Virus record (IMG/VR): IMGVR_UViG_3300012665_001805
DNA: 61,471 nucleotides
Source: a virus
Lineage: Duplodnaviria > Heunggongvirae > Uroviricota > Caudoviricetes
Strand: one strand, 5' to 3'
Part shown: one piece after another, positions 47,307 to 56,830 of the stretch
Numbering within the stretch: the stretch's first letter is position 1
Layout of the letters: every line of letters starts with the position of its first letter
Position numbers and translations under genes: made by a program
Notes under the pieces: generated by a model
Databases searched by the model: none
The model's input: only the letters and a program-made list of their open reading frames with translations
Told to the model about the DNA's origin: nothing

Positions 47307-47319
47307 TGTGGGTTTTTGT

Positions 47320-47327
47320 TATAAATA
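47320..47327 (-). promoter_or_regulatory. Putative late promoter motif
   Basis: Exact TATTTATA upstream of the neck operon. Confidence 0.6.
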
Positions 47328-47351
47328 TTAACAGAACCCTTAATTTTACTA

Positions 47352-48050
47352 CTACGATCTAAGATTTTTATATACATCCAAGATAAACTCAACTATTTCA
47401 TGTCTATGATTTTTCTCTAACGTGATTACCTCAAATCCAGGTACGTCTTTCATATGTTTACACACTACATCAAATCCTGATTGTTTACGGTCTTTTAAGT
47501 CAATTTGAGCAGCATCACCACAGAATATCATTTTAGAACCATGACAAATACGAGTCAATAATAACTCCATTTGTGTATCAGTTAAATTTTGAGCTTCATC
47601 AATTACAACTAAACAGTTAGTGAAGTTTCTACCTCGCATAAATGATACAGGTACAATTTCAATTTCACCCTCGGAAATACATTTTTCGATTTTTTCTTTG
47701 TTATATAATCGATGCATATTCTCATATACGGGGGCTGTAAATGGAGCAAGTTTTTCATTAACGTCTCCGGGTAGGAAACCAATATCTTGTCCTGCTACTA
47801 CAGTTGGTCGAGTGATGATGATTTTTTCAATTTCTCTACTGAATAGTAAGTCTAAAGCAATATTAGCTGCTAACAATGATTTACCTGATCCTGCTTTACC
47901 TTTTAGTACGGTTACAGTGTTGTGTAATATTTGTTCTTTTGCTCGTTTTTGTTCATCATTTAGTTGAACTTCGAATTTGATTGGCCCTTTAGGCTTTCTT
48001 TTTGCTTTAAAAACTTCTTGCGCTTGTTGCGTTCTATTAAAATCGGTCAT
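47352..48050 (-). CDS. phoH: PhoH-like ATPase
   Basis: GKAGSGKS, IIITRP, IGFLPGD..EK, FMRGRNF, IDEAQN, LLTR, GD..QIDL, HRH.IV. Confidence 0.95.
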   Translation of the reverse strand: MTDFNRTQQAQEVFKAKRKPKGPIKFEVQLNDEQKRAKEQILHNTVTVLKGKAGSGKSLLAANIALDLLFSREIEKIIITRPTVVAGQDIGFLPGDVNEKLAPFTAPVYENMHRLYNKEKIEKCISEGEIEIVPVSFMRGRNFTNCLVVIDEAQNLTDTQMELLLTRICHGSKMIFCGDAAQIDLKDRKQSGFDVVCKHMKDVPGFEVITLEKNHRHEIVEFILDVYKNLRS

Positions 48051-48085
48051 ATAACTATATTTGATAATAAATATTGGAGGAAAAC

Positions 48086-48112
48086 TAAAAAAGCCGGACT
48101 TTCGTCCGGCTC
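48086..48112 (-). terminator. Intrinsic terminator after major capsid gene
   Basis: Minus strand GCCGGAC-GAAA-GTCCGGC followed by TTTTTT. Confidence 0.9.
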
Positions 48113-48136
48113 TTTATATTTGATTTTTATCTAATA

Positions 48137-49831
48137 TTAGATAGCGTTCAAGTTAGACACGTAGATACGACCGAAGAATTCTGGACGGATCATTTTCTTA
48201 GCATAACGAGTCAATAAACCTTTTCTTGGTGTGAAAGTGTTTGGATCGTATACTAATGGAGTCATGATTAACGGAACGTATGGAGCAAATACAGCACCAG
48301 TTTCAAGGAATTGAGCTCCTCTATAACCCATCAAGATAACGTTTTCAGTCATGTAAGGGTTTTTGTAAACTGTGTAACGGCTGTTCATTTGTCCTGCTTT
48401 TTGGATACCAAATGCGTAAGACGCTTTAGTAACATCACCATCAGAAGATGAAGCAAATCCTGGGATTGATTCAATGATAGTTGCTACTGAAGGAGAACAT
48501 ACTAAGAAGTTAGCACCACCACGTAATGTTTTTTGGTGAATTTTGTTACTAACTTTTTGCATTTTCGTTCCTAAAGTTTGGAACCATTGTCCTTGTGTGT
48601 TGTAGAAACCTAAGTTATCGTATCCAGTTTTACCTGCGTTTAACTGTAAGTTATTTGCAGCATTCCAGTACTCATCCCATGCAGAAGCATCTTGAATCAA
48701 CATATCTAAGTTTTCTAAGTCGATCTCTAATGCGATGTACTCAGACATGATAGATGTTAATTCCGCTTCAGCATCCAATGATTGGTATGCGTTCAAATCC
48801 TGTGCGAATTCTGGTGTCCATTGTGCTTTCAACTTACGTGTTTTAGCAACAATAGCCTCAGATTTCATTTGGATATTGATTTGTGGAATAGCTAAGTTAT
48901 CTGTTGATGTAGAATCAGCATTTGCATAACCAGCACCACTGTTATCTTCGAAATCACCACGACGGTTATCAACTGGTTGAACGTTGTAGAACAATAAGTT
49001 AGTACCTGCTCTTGGAACATCTGTAGAGTTCATTGCTCCAGAGAACATAAATGATGCTGTACCATTTAATACTGTAGTAAATTGAGGTAACAATTTAGCA
49101 TCAGAAGCTGGAGAGAATACTGAACCTGAAGCGATAACGAATGCACGAACTCCTTTAGAATCGTAGTTAGTTGCGTTAGTTAAAGGAACGTTAACTTTAG
49201 TGTAAGTTTGGTTACCTGCTGCTGTAGATGCAGAATATTCAGACGCATAGTTAAAATCAGCCCAACTACCTGAAGCAACAGTTACGTTAGTAACAGATGC
49301 AGAGAATTGGTTGATTGTGTAAGCAAAACGACCTGCACCGTATAAACCTTGAGATGCATCAGCTGCTACTCCTGGGTTTGTGTTACCGTACATTGAAGAT
49401 GATGCTGCATAAGTGTCTCCACCAGGACCAAAAGCTCCGATAGGTGCAACTTTACCTGTTGGGTCACCATATTGGAAATCCAAGAAGAAAACTAGTCCAG
49501 AAGGCAAGTTCATTGGTTGTACAGACATGAATTCTTTAGTTGATAAAGAACCAAATACTTTACGTACCAATGGTAAAGCTACTCCAGCCCATTGTTCACC
49601 TTGTCCTACGTTAAATGTAGCACCACCAACGTTTGTTGAAGATTGCTCAACAACTAATTGTTTAGCTTGGTTTTCAAGGATCATAGACATGTTGTTTTTC
49701 TCAACTTCGCTACCAAGTCCTTCTAATAGACCTGTTTTACCCCATTTTGATGCCATTCTTACGGCATCGCTCTGCATGTTTTTCCAACTTCCTGCAGCGC
49801 TTTCTAGTAATGAATTAATACTATTTGACAT
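48137..49831 (-). CDS. Major capsid protein (T4 gp23-like)
   Basis: LPLVRKVF, VQPMNLPSGLVFFL, AKTRKLKAQWTPEFAQDLNAY..LDAEAEL, GAVFAPYVPL, FTPRKGLLTRY. Confidence 0.97.
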   Translation of the reverse strand: MSNSINSLLESAAGSWKNMQSDAVRMASKWGKTGLLEGLGSEVEKNNMSMILENQAKQLVVEQSSTNVGGATFNVGQGEQWAGVALPLVRKVFGSLSTKEFMSVQPMNLPSGLVFFLDFQYGDPTGKVAPIGAFGPGGDTYAASSSMYGNTNPGVAADASQGLYGAGRFAYTINQFSASVTNVTVASGSWADFNYASEYSASTAAGNQTYTKVNVPLTNATNYDSKGVRAFVIASGSVFSPASDAKLLPQFTTVLNGTASFMFSGAMNSTDVPRAGTNLLFYNVQPVDNRRGDFEDNSGAGYANADSTSTDNLAIPQINIQMKSEAIVAKTRKLKAQWTPEFAQDLNAYQSLDAEAELTSIMSEYIALEIDLENLDMLIQDASAWDEYWNAANNLQLNAGKTGYDNLGFYNTQGQWFQTLGTKMQKVSNKIHQKTLRGGANFLVCSPSVATIIESIPGFASSSDGDVTKASYAFGIQKAGQMNSRYTVYKNPYMTENVILMGYRGAQFLETGAVFAPYVPLIMTPLVYDPNTFTPRKGLLTRYAKKMIRPEFFGRIYVSNLNAI

Positions 49832-49855
49832 TGTTTTTTAGTTTTAAATTTTAAA

Positions 49856-51487
49856 TTAAATAATTCCAGCCAATTTTTGCATTCTTGCAAATGCCTCGTT
49901 TGACTCTACGATTGGTTTTTTCACGTTAGGTGTCATTGTTGTTTTTGATGCGCTACCTAGGTTTTCTTTAATTGTATTTTTAGAAACTTTAATACCCTCG
50001 TTTAATGTTTCAAATACCATTTTCACTTCACCTACGTTTTTAGCTTTATCAAAAGAACTTAACACTTTTACTTTTTGACTTTCGTTCAAGTTTTTAGCTT
50101 TGAAGATTTTATTTGTATAAAGTAATTTAGCATTTAACAAATTAATTTCATTCAATTCAGCTTTAAGAACATCGATTGTTGAAAGAGCTTCAGATAATTC
50201 AGTTTCAGCCATTGCAATACCTCCAATACCTTCTTTACCATATCCAGCTTGAGTTGTTTGTGATAAATCAAGAGCTTTACGGAAATTAGCTAATACATCG
50301 ATTCCTCGTAAACTAGATCCAGTTCTTTGAGCCCAGCTTCCAAGTTCTCTAGTTACATCTTCTTTTTGAAGAATATCTCCTACTTTTGATTTAAACTCAT
50401 CAGACATAGGGTCTAATTGAATTAATTCAGAAGCACCTCTGATATTTTTTCCTTCTTTAGAGAAGAAATCTAAAAGTTGATTCATCATTTTTTGGTTTCT
50501 AGAAGATTTTCCTAATCCAAATAATTCATCTACTTCTTCTTTTTCTTCTTCAAGAGCTGCTACTTGAGATCCTGTTCCAGCTGCAAGTTTTTGTAATAAT
50601 GATCTTGAATCACCTAAAATTTCTCTTTTAAATTCATTCATATTATCAATCACTTTTTCTGCTGGGTTTTCGTTTTGTAATTTACCAAATTCAGCGAATG
50701 CTTTTCTTAAAAGTGGATCAGCAAGAGCTTTTTTCTTAGCTGGGTCGGTTTCAGCAGCAAGTGCTTTAACTGCATCGTCATTATCTGCTAATAATTTAGC
50801 GATAACTGTTTTGTAGCTTTTACCTTTTTTACCCATACCAAAAAGTTCTTCTAATTCTTCTTCGCTTTCGTACATTGGTTCTTTTTCTTCTTCCATGCCT
50901 TCGATTTCTCTTAACAATTCAGCTAAATCAACTTCTTCGTCAGAAATTTCTTCTTCTGTTTCACCTTCAGCACCTTCTCCACCTTCGTGTCCAGCTTCTA
51001 GTTCTCCAGCTTCGATCATGTCTTTAATAACATCTTCGATCATAGTTTTTAGATCTTCGTCTGTCATATCTTCGAGTTCAATTGGTTCACCTTCATCTTC
51101 AACTTCTTCAGATTCTTCAGACTCTTCTTCTTCTTCCTCTTCTTCAGCTTCGTTGATAGATTCTTCCATTTTTTCCTCGTCATTTAGCTCCGCTAAAAGT
51201 TCTTCCAAATCAATTTCATTCATTTTATCATCGTCATTATCTTCAGTTTCGTCAAGAGCTTTTTCGCCCATTGTACTGAATCCAACGTCTCCTTCAGCTC
51301 TTCCTTTTCCGAATCCTTCTTCTTTAAGATCTTCTTCTTCCATTTCTTGTAGCTTCATTGATAGCATTGATGTTAATTGAGGTGTGAAGGCTTCTTCTAG
51401 AGCAGCTTTTGCGTTTGCTATTGCAGTTTCTTTAACAGCTTTAGCGTCAGCGATTGCTTCTTTAAGCATTTCTCTGTTTGTTGCCAT
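49856..51487 (-). CDS. Prohead scaffolding protein (gp22-like)
   Basis: Between protease and MCP; very acidic, coiled-coil; start refined to MATNREMLKEAIADAK (51487). Confidence 0.75.
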   Translation of the reverse strand: MATNREMLKEAIADAKAVKETAIANAKAALEEAFTPQLTSMLSMKLQEMEEEDLKEEGFGKGRAEGDVGFSTMGEKALDETEDNDDDKMNEIDLEELLAELNDEEKMEESINEAEEEEEEEESEESEEVEDEGEPIELEDMTDEDLKTMIEDVIKDMIEAGELEAGHEGGEGAEGETEEEISDEEVDLAELLREIEGMEEEKEPMYESEEELEELFGMGKKGKSYKTVIAKLLADNDDAVKALAAETDPAKKKALADPLLRKAFAEFGKLQNENPAEKVIDNMNEFKREILGDSRSLLQKLAAGTGSQVAALEEEKEEVDELFGLGKSSRNQKMMNQLLDFFSKEGKNIRGASELIQLDPMSDEFKSKVGDILQKEDVTRELGSWAQRTGSSLRGIDVLANFRKALDLSQTTQAGYGKEGIGGIAMAETELSEALSTIDVLKAELNEINLLNAKLLYTNKIFKAKNLNESQKVKVLSSFDKAKNVGEVKMVFETLNEGIKVSKNTIKENLGSASKTTMTPNVKKPIVESNEAFARMQKLAGII

Positions 51488-51630
51488 TTTTCCTAAATTT
51501 ATTTTTGTTGGGAAAGTACGTTTATTATAAAACGTAATAGAATTCATTTAATTGATACCACATAAGAGATTGAGGGGGTGGTATATTCGTGTTATATATA
51601 TGTGCGGATATAGTTAAAGTCGCAAAGGAC

Positions 51631-51654
51631 AAAAAAAGCCCTCAAATGAGGGCT
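51631..51654 (-). terminator. Intrinsic terminator after prohead protease
   Basis: Minus strand AGCCCTC-ATTT-GAGGGCT followed by TTTTTT. Confidence 0.85.
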
Positions 51655-51676
51655 AATTTTCACCGGTTTGCATATC

Positions 51677-52309
51677 TTAAAATATAGGGCATGTACCTTT
51701 AGCACATAATATTTCGGTAATAAGTGAGTTTGTTTTTGCGTATGGATCTAAGAATGTTGAACGTGATTCGTTTAACGCTCCATTTTTCATCCATGAATCT
51801 GGATTAGATGGGTTGGAAACTAAATCCCAAGTTAATAATTCGAAGTCATCTTGTACCTCCATTATTTCACCAACTTGTTTTAATGAACCCATCCCACGAG
51901 AAGAAATTCCGATTAGTAAGCCATTTTTAACTAATGCACCTGCTATACGGCCAGATGAAGTACCTAAATCACCCATGTCAGAGAAAATTTCTACTTTACC
52001 CCATATTTCATCACCTTTCCAATACAGTTCACGTATCGCATGAGATGCGTTTTTAAGGTTGATTACTTGCGAGTCAGGATGATCCAATTCACCACATGTT
52101 TCAGTGGATCTCTGTTGGATTTTACGTGCAAAATTGTCGATTTCACGTTCCCATAATTCTCTAGGATAGTAGCGACCATTACCATTTTTAACTTCAACAG
52201 TAGCCAATATGCCCTCAACGAAAACATTTCCGTTAGTTTTCATCCCCTCCAATAATGAAAGTGGTTTAGGGCTGAAGTGTCTAGTTTCTATTAATAGTTG
52301 CTTATTCAT
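51677..52309 (-). CDS. Prohead protease (gp21-like)
   Basis: KNGNGRYYP, GELDHP, SHAI, GISSRGMGS, TWDLVSNPS. Confidence 0.95.
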   Translation of the reverse strand: MNKQLLIETRHFSPKPLSLLEGMKTNGNVFVEGILATVEVKNGNGRYYPRELWEREIDNFARKIQQRSTETCGELDHPDSQVINLKNASHAIRELYWKGDEIWGKVEIFSDMGDLGTSSGRIAGALVKNGLLIGISSRGMGSLKQVGEIMEVQDDFELLTWDLVSNPSNPDSWMKNGALNESRSTFLDPYAKTNSLITEILCAKGTCPIF

Positions 52310-52310
52310 C

Positions 52311-53582
52311 TTAGTAATCCATTCCGTTCATTTTACCTTCTAAATCTTGACGTAACATGTTTTTTTCGTCAAAAGGTAAATTTGGGTAATTTGATAAGAT
52401 TGAATCAATTTCTTCACCCTCATCATATCTGTTTTCAGCGTCTTCTTTAGCAGCTAAGTATTCAGCAGTTGGTTCAATTTCAACCTCATCTAATACTTTA
52501 GTTTTAGTAACTTTACCACTTTTTTTACCCATCATTTTCTCTAATTTAGCTTTTGCTTTTTCTAGAGATTTAACGTCTTTTTCAATTTCCTTTACTTTTT
52601 TCTTATCAGTAAGATGTTTCATATCTTCATCTTCATCAAGTTTAGTAAGTTGGGATTGTTTTTTATCGATTAAAGATTGTACTTTTTCTAATTTAGAAGC
52701 GATAATTTCATGTTCTGCTTCTTTATTAATAGCAGCTAATTCTTTTTCAACGCTTTCTTTAAGATTTTGGCTAATTGAATTTAATCCAGCACTATGTGAA
52801 GCATATATTTTTTGGATATCACCTAATGCTTCTTTATCATTCAAATGTGGTTGTTCTAATTTAAAAAGAACATCTTTGAATTCTTCTGCATTAAGTTCTT
52901 CTGAAATTATTTCACGAATTACTTTACGTAATTTATCTTCTTCATTCAATGGTTGGATTGATTCTTTTAAATCACCATATCCGCTTGATTTATATTTTCC
53001 TTTAGCTTCTTTTGGAGTACCTAATCCAGGTGCTTCAGTTACATATCCTAATCCTTTTTCACCAAATTGACCATCTTTTGTATAGTGGATTGGATCTTTT
53101 TGTAAGTTTTTAAATACCATGTCTTTTAATTCTTGCATGGTTTTATCAACATTTTTAGGATCTTTCATTTCAGCATAATAACCCATCATAATTTGATCAA
53201 AGATCAAGTTATCAGGGTTTTTATCATCTTTACGATCAAAGTTATGTGAAGCATCTTCTTCAACTTTTTTAGATGGTTTTTTCTCTTCAGCTTTTACTTT
53301 TTCGTCTTCGTTTTCTTTCTTTTTAGCTTCAGCCAAAAATGATTCAAACGCTGTTTCAAATGATTGTTTTTTCTTAGGTGCAAAAGGTGAATTAACAGCA
53401 GTTAAACCAATTACGTTTTCTGAAATAATGTTTTTAGTTTGTAATGATGCTACAGCTTCATTGAATGTAGCTGCATTACGAACGATATCAGGAAATTGGC
53501 GTTTTGCTTCTGTTAAGAAAACACCTTTGTGTCCTTTACCTTCTTTGATTAACAAATATTGATCTTGTAGTGTCTTTTTCAT
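52311..53582 (-). CDS. Prohead core/internal protein
   Basis: Lys/Glu-rich; GYYAEM...VFKNLQKDPIHYT resembles the E.EH...DHL.EDP.YYT (DUF5661-like) motif; several LxE sites. Confidence 0.55.
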   Translation of the reverse strand: MKKTLQDQYLLIKEGKGHKGVFLTEAKRQFPDIVRNAATFNEAVASLQTKNIISENVIGLTAVNSPFAPKKKQSFETAFESFLAEAKKKENEDEKVKAEEKKPSKKVEEDASHNFDRKDDKNPDNLIFDQIMMGYYAEMKDPKNVDKTMQELKDMVFKNLQKDPIHYTKDGQFGEKGLGYVTEAPGLGTPKEAKGKYKSSGYGDLKESIQPLNEEDKLRKVIREIISEELNAEEFKDVLFKLEQPHLNDKEALGDIQKIYASHSAGLNSISQNLKESVEKELAAINKEAEHEIIASKLEKVQSLIDKKQSQLTKLDEDEDMKHLTDKKKVKEIEKDVKSLEKAKAKLEKMMGKKSGKVTKTKVLDEVEIEPTAEYLAAKEDAENRYDEGEEIDSILSNYPNLPFDEKNMLRQDLEGKMNGMDY

Positions 53583-54034
53583 TATTTTTCTGTTAATAGT
53601 TGTTTTACCTCTCTTAGGTAACTTAATACCATTTCAATTGGTTGTGTTATATCATATGAACCTGCGTTTCCGCTATATAATTCAATTGTTTCATTTTTTG
53701 CGTTAGAAACTAATGGTGAAATATCGTTTAATAATTTTTCAATTTCATCTAAACCGTCTAAACGTTTTTGTTGGAATTCATTTACTTCATTTAATGTATC
53801 TTCTTCCCAAAGTTTTTTAACTTGTAACCCAGATCCTTTAATTTTATCTGGTACTGGTTTAAATCCTAACTTATAATAATAAATATTTTTAGTTCCTTTA
53901 GAATTAGTTTTAGAGGCAAATGCTGCTGGTGTAGCATAACCTTCACCTTGTCCTGGAGTAAAAGATGCACCACCTTGTCCGGTAGCGCTTATCTCTTTGA
54001 TTTTTGCTCTGATTTTTTCTTTAAGCTTATCCAT
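53582..54034 (-). CDS. Prohead-associated hypothetical protein
   Basis: 150 aa, KEISATGQGGA...Y.TP.AF; lies between portal and protease. Confidence 0.55.
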   Translation of the reverse strand: MDKLKEKIRAKIKEISATGQGGASFTPGQGEGYATPAAFASKTNSKGTKNIYYYKLGFKPVPDKIKGSGLQVKKLWEEDTLNEVNEFQQKRLDGLDEIEKLLNDISPLVSNAKNETIELYSGNAGSYDITQPIEMVLSYLREVKQLLTEK

Positions 54035-54884
54035 TTACAGTTTCTAGTTCATTGATTAAATCGTAATACTGTAACAAATCAACTAAGTCATTATCTGTAA
54101 CCTTAGCATTTTTAGCTGGTGGGTTAATTAATGATATAATTTCGTCAATTTTTATTTTGGTAACTTTATTTTTAGTGTTTTTGTTTAAATTAGATAATTC
54201 TTCTTTAATTTCATTAACCTTAACAGTATAGAATTCTTTCAAACGTGGTGTGTTATCAATAGACGTGATGAATTCTTTTAAGATTAGTTTTTGGTTTGGA
54301 TGTAAACTATCATATTTAACATTAAAGTTTTCCAAAATCATTTTATATGCAATGAAACGAACATCTTTATCTGAAGATGAAAATTCGTTCATTACTTCAT
54401 CTCTAACTTGTGTTTCTTTAATTTGGGCAGCTGTCAAATGTTCTAATATAGTAACTTTATTTGAAATAGCTTGTTCAAAATTAGATGATTTCGGGGTATT
54501 AGTGATTTCTAATAATGTATAGAACGCAGCATGTACTTTATAATTAGGTAATTTATGATTAAAAAACAAATTTAAATCATAGTGTTTTTGGATTTCACTA
54601 ATTAAATTATATTTTTGTCGTTTAATAACTCCTCTATTTAAAGTTTTAGATGATTCTGCTAAAGTACCGATAACAATATTTGCTTTAGTTTCAGTTAATG
54701 AAGTTTTTTTCAATAATGTTTCATATAATTTGTACTCACGTCCTAACTCTGTTTTTACAAAGTATTTTTTAAGTAAATCTTTTGCCGGTGAATCCTTACC
54801 ATCTAGCGTATCTGCGGTGATTTGTCGAACCAATAGTTCAAAAAGGATACCAGTATTTTTATACTTTGAATGTTTGACTTGCAT
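54027..54884 (-). CDS. Conserved head-module protein next to portal
   Basis: KHSKYKNTGILFELLVRQIT; helical; own upstream motif. Confidence 0.6.
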   Translation of the reverse strand: MQVKHSKYKNTGILFELLVRQITADTLDGKDSPAKDLLKKYFVKTELGREYKLYETLLKKTSLTETKANIVIGTLAESSKTLNRGVIKRQKYNLISEIQKHYDLNLFFNHKLPNYKVHAAFYTLLEITNTPKSSNFEQAISNKVTILEHLTAAQIKETQVRDEVMNEFSSSDKDVRFIAYKMILENFNVKYDSLHPNQKLILKEFITSIDNTPRLKEFYTVKVNEIKEELSNLNKNTKNKVTKIKIDEIISLINPPAKNAKVTDNDLVDLLQYYDLINELETVNG

Positions 54885-54903
54885 TCTGTTATATTTGTTT
54901 ATT

Positions 54904-54911
54904 TATAAATA
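54904..54911 (-). promoter_or_regulatory. Putative late promoter motif
   Basis: Exact TATTTATA between the portal gene and the next gene. Confidence 0.6.
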
Positions 54912-54923
54912 TATGAAATTTTC

Positions 54924-56822
54924 TTATTCTCGTATTTGAGACTCATCTAATAACGAATTTCCTCTAATGTCTGATTCAAAAATCATTTGTTTGTGTTGAT
55001 TTTTAATATCATTAAACATTTTAGCATTTTTATTTCGTTTAGTTTTTGTCTCTAATGCTAAAGGAGAACCACCTTGAAATTTAGGTTTTGTTGAATCTGA
55101 TTCGTCTCCATCTTTTTTCATACCTACGGCTCCGATTCTATCTTTACCTAAGGCATTATCTTGGGTACCTCTATCAGTTACTTTTTCTTCAGGTCTTCCT
55201 AATTCAGGTTCTTCTTCATATCCAACAGGTACATTATCAGCATCATATCTGCCTCTACCATATAGCGCTGCTAAATCGTGTGGTGTACCATATGATTTAC
55301 CTGTTTCAAGTGGGTCATTACCTTCGTTCTCAATTTGAGCAATACGGAATTTACGTTTAGCATCTTGAGCAATCAAGTCTCTATACTCATCATATTGATC
55401 TTCACTTAAGTGGAATATATTTTCGTAGATGTAATCAGTTGGTAATAATTTAGCTTCCATCATTTGAGTAGCTAATTCAACTTTTTCTTTCATCAATGCT
55501 ATTCTTTCTTGATCGTAGATAATAGAAGGAGTAGTTAAAGATAATTCAAAGTTTGTTAATGATTCATCAGTATAACCTTGAGTATATAAGTGAACTAATG
55601 CAATTTTATTTAATTCAGATACTACAATACGTTGAATGCGTTCAATTGTACGTGCGAATCGAATATCTTCAGCAGCTAATGTAGCTTTACCTGTTAAATC
55701 TTTTTCGTAACCCATAAATGCTTTAGGCACTTTAAGGGCAGCAAATAATTTATCTCTTAAGTATTCAACATCCTGGATTCCATCATATTGTAAACCACCT
55801 AAATTATCAATTTTAGTTGCTTGATCATTTCCACGAACCGGGATATAGAAATCCTCAAGTAAGTTTTGCATGTTGTACTTCAAGTTATAATCACCTGTTT
55901 GTTGATCAATATATGGAGTACGTTTCATTTTGGAAATTGTTTTCTGCATGAAGTTTTCTACCTCAGCAGGTGCAATATTACCAACGTTAATATAGAATAT
56001 ACGTTTTTCAGGTGCACGAACAATTCTATGAATCAACATCGCATCTTCCATCATCGTATATTGTTTAAACAATTTACGTCCTGGTTCCAAATAAGATCTA
56101 CCGTAAGGTAAGAAGTTAGTATCCGTTAATAAACGGAAATGCGACATTTCGTAATTATCAAAATAAATTGAACTAGCTTGTCCACCTGAATTTGGTACAT
56201 TGTAGTAACCATAATCAGAAGGAGATGATATACCATCTGGGTCAAATCTAAATCTTACAGAAGCTGGATGGTCTCTATCATATCCATCTTGTCTTTCGAT
56301 ATGGAATGCGTTGTAAGGGATTACATTATATACACCGAATTTTTCAGCAATTTCTAATTTTAAGAAGAAATCTCCGTATTTCAACATATTACGAATCCAA
56401 GGCCATAGATTAAATTCAATGTTTAATACATCGTAAAATAAGTTATATAAGATTTTTTGTACATCTTCATCCGAACTACGGATTTGAAGTACTTCTCCCA
56501 TATCATTACGTAATGTACTTTCGTCAGCAATGATATCTAAAGCGGAAGCGACAATAGCATCTGTATCCATTGCATCATATTCGGAATAAAGTGTGGGGCG
56601 TAAAGTTTGGTAATTAAACGAGCTTTGATATCCATAAATTGATGTGTGTGAGTTTGTATAAATTCTATTGAATCTATCTATTAAAGCATTTGTTTCATAT
56701 TCACCTGAAACTTGGATTTTATTAACATCCATTACTTTCAGGCTGTTACCTCCTTCATTTCGGATGATAACATCTGTTGAAAATAATCGTTGTAGTCTAC
56801 TAAATAGTCCTGTATTTGCCAT
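54924..56822 (-). CDS. Portal protein (T4 gp20-like)
   Basis: ALDIIADE, KYGDFF, MEDAMLIHRIVRAPEKRIFYI.VGN, LEDFYIPVRG, L.VPKAF, EDIRFARTIERIQ. Confidence 0.96.
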   Translation of the reverse strand: MANTGLFSRLQRLFSTDVIIRNEGGNSLKVMDVNKIQVSGEYETNALIDRFNRIYTNSHTSIYGYQSSFNYQTLRPTLYSEYDAMDTDAIVASALDIIADESTLRNDMGEVLQIRSSDEDVQKILYNLFYDVLNIEFNLWPWIRNMLKYGDFFLKLEIAEKFGVYNVIPYNAFHIERQDGYDRDHPASVRFRFDPDGISSPSDYGYYNVPNSGGQASSIYFDNYEMSHFRLLTDTNFLPYGRSYLEPGRKLFKQYTMMEDAMLIHRIVRAPEKRIFYINVGNIAPAEVENFMQKTISKMKRTPYIDQQTGDYNLKYNMQNLLEDFYIPVRGNDQATKIDNLGGLQYDGIQDVEYLRDKLFAALKVPKAFMGYEKDLTGKATLAAEDIRFARTIERIQRIVVSELNKIALVHLYTQGYTDESLTNFELSLTTPSIIYDQERIALMKEKVELATQMMEAKLLPTDYIYENIFHLSEDQYDEYRDLIAQDAKRKFRIAQIENEGNDPLETGKSYGTPHDLAALYGRGRYDADNVPVGYEEEPELGRPEEKVTDRGTQDNALGKDRIGAVGMKKDGDESDSTKPKFQGGSPLALETKTKRNKNAKMFNDIKNQHKQMIFESDIRGNSLLDESQIRE

Positions 56823-56830
56823 GTTTTATT

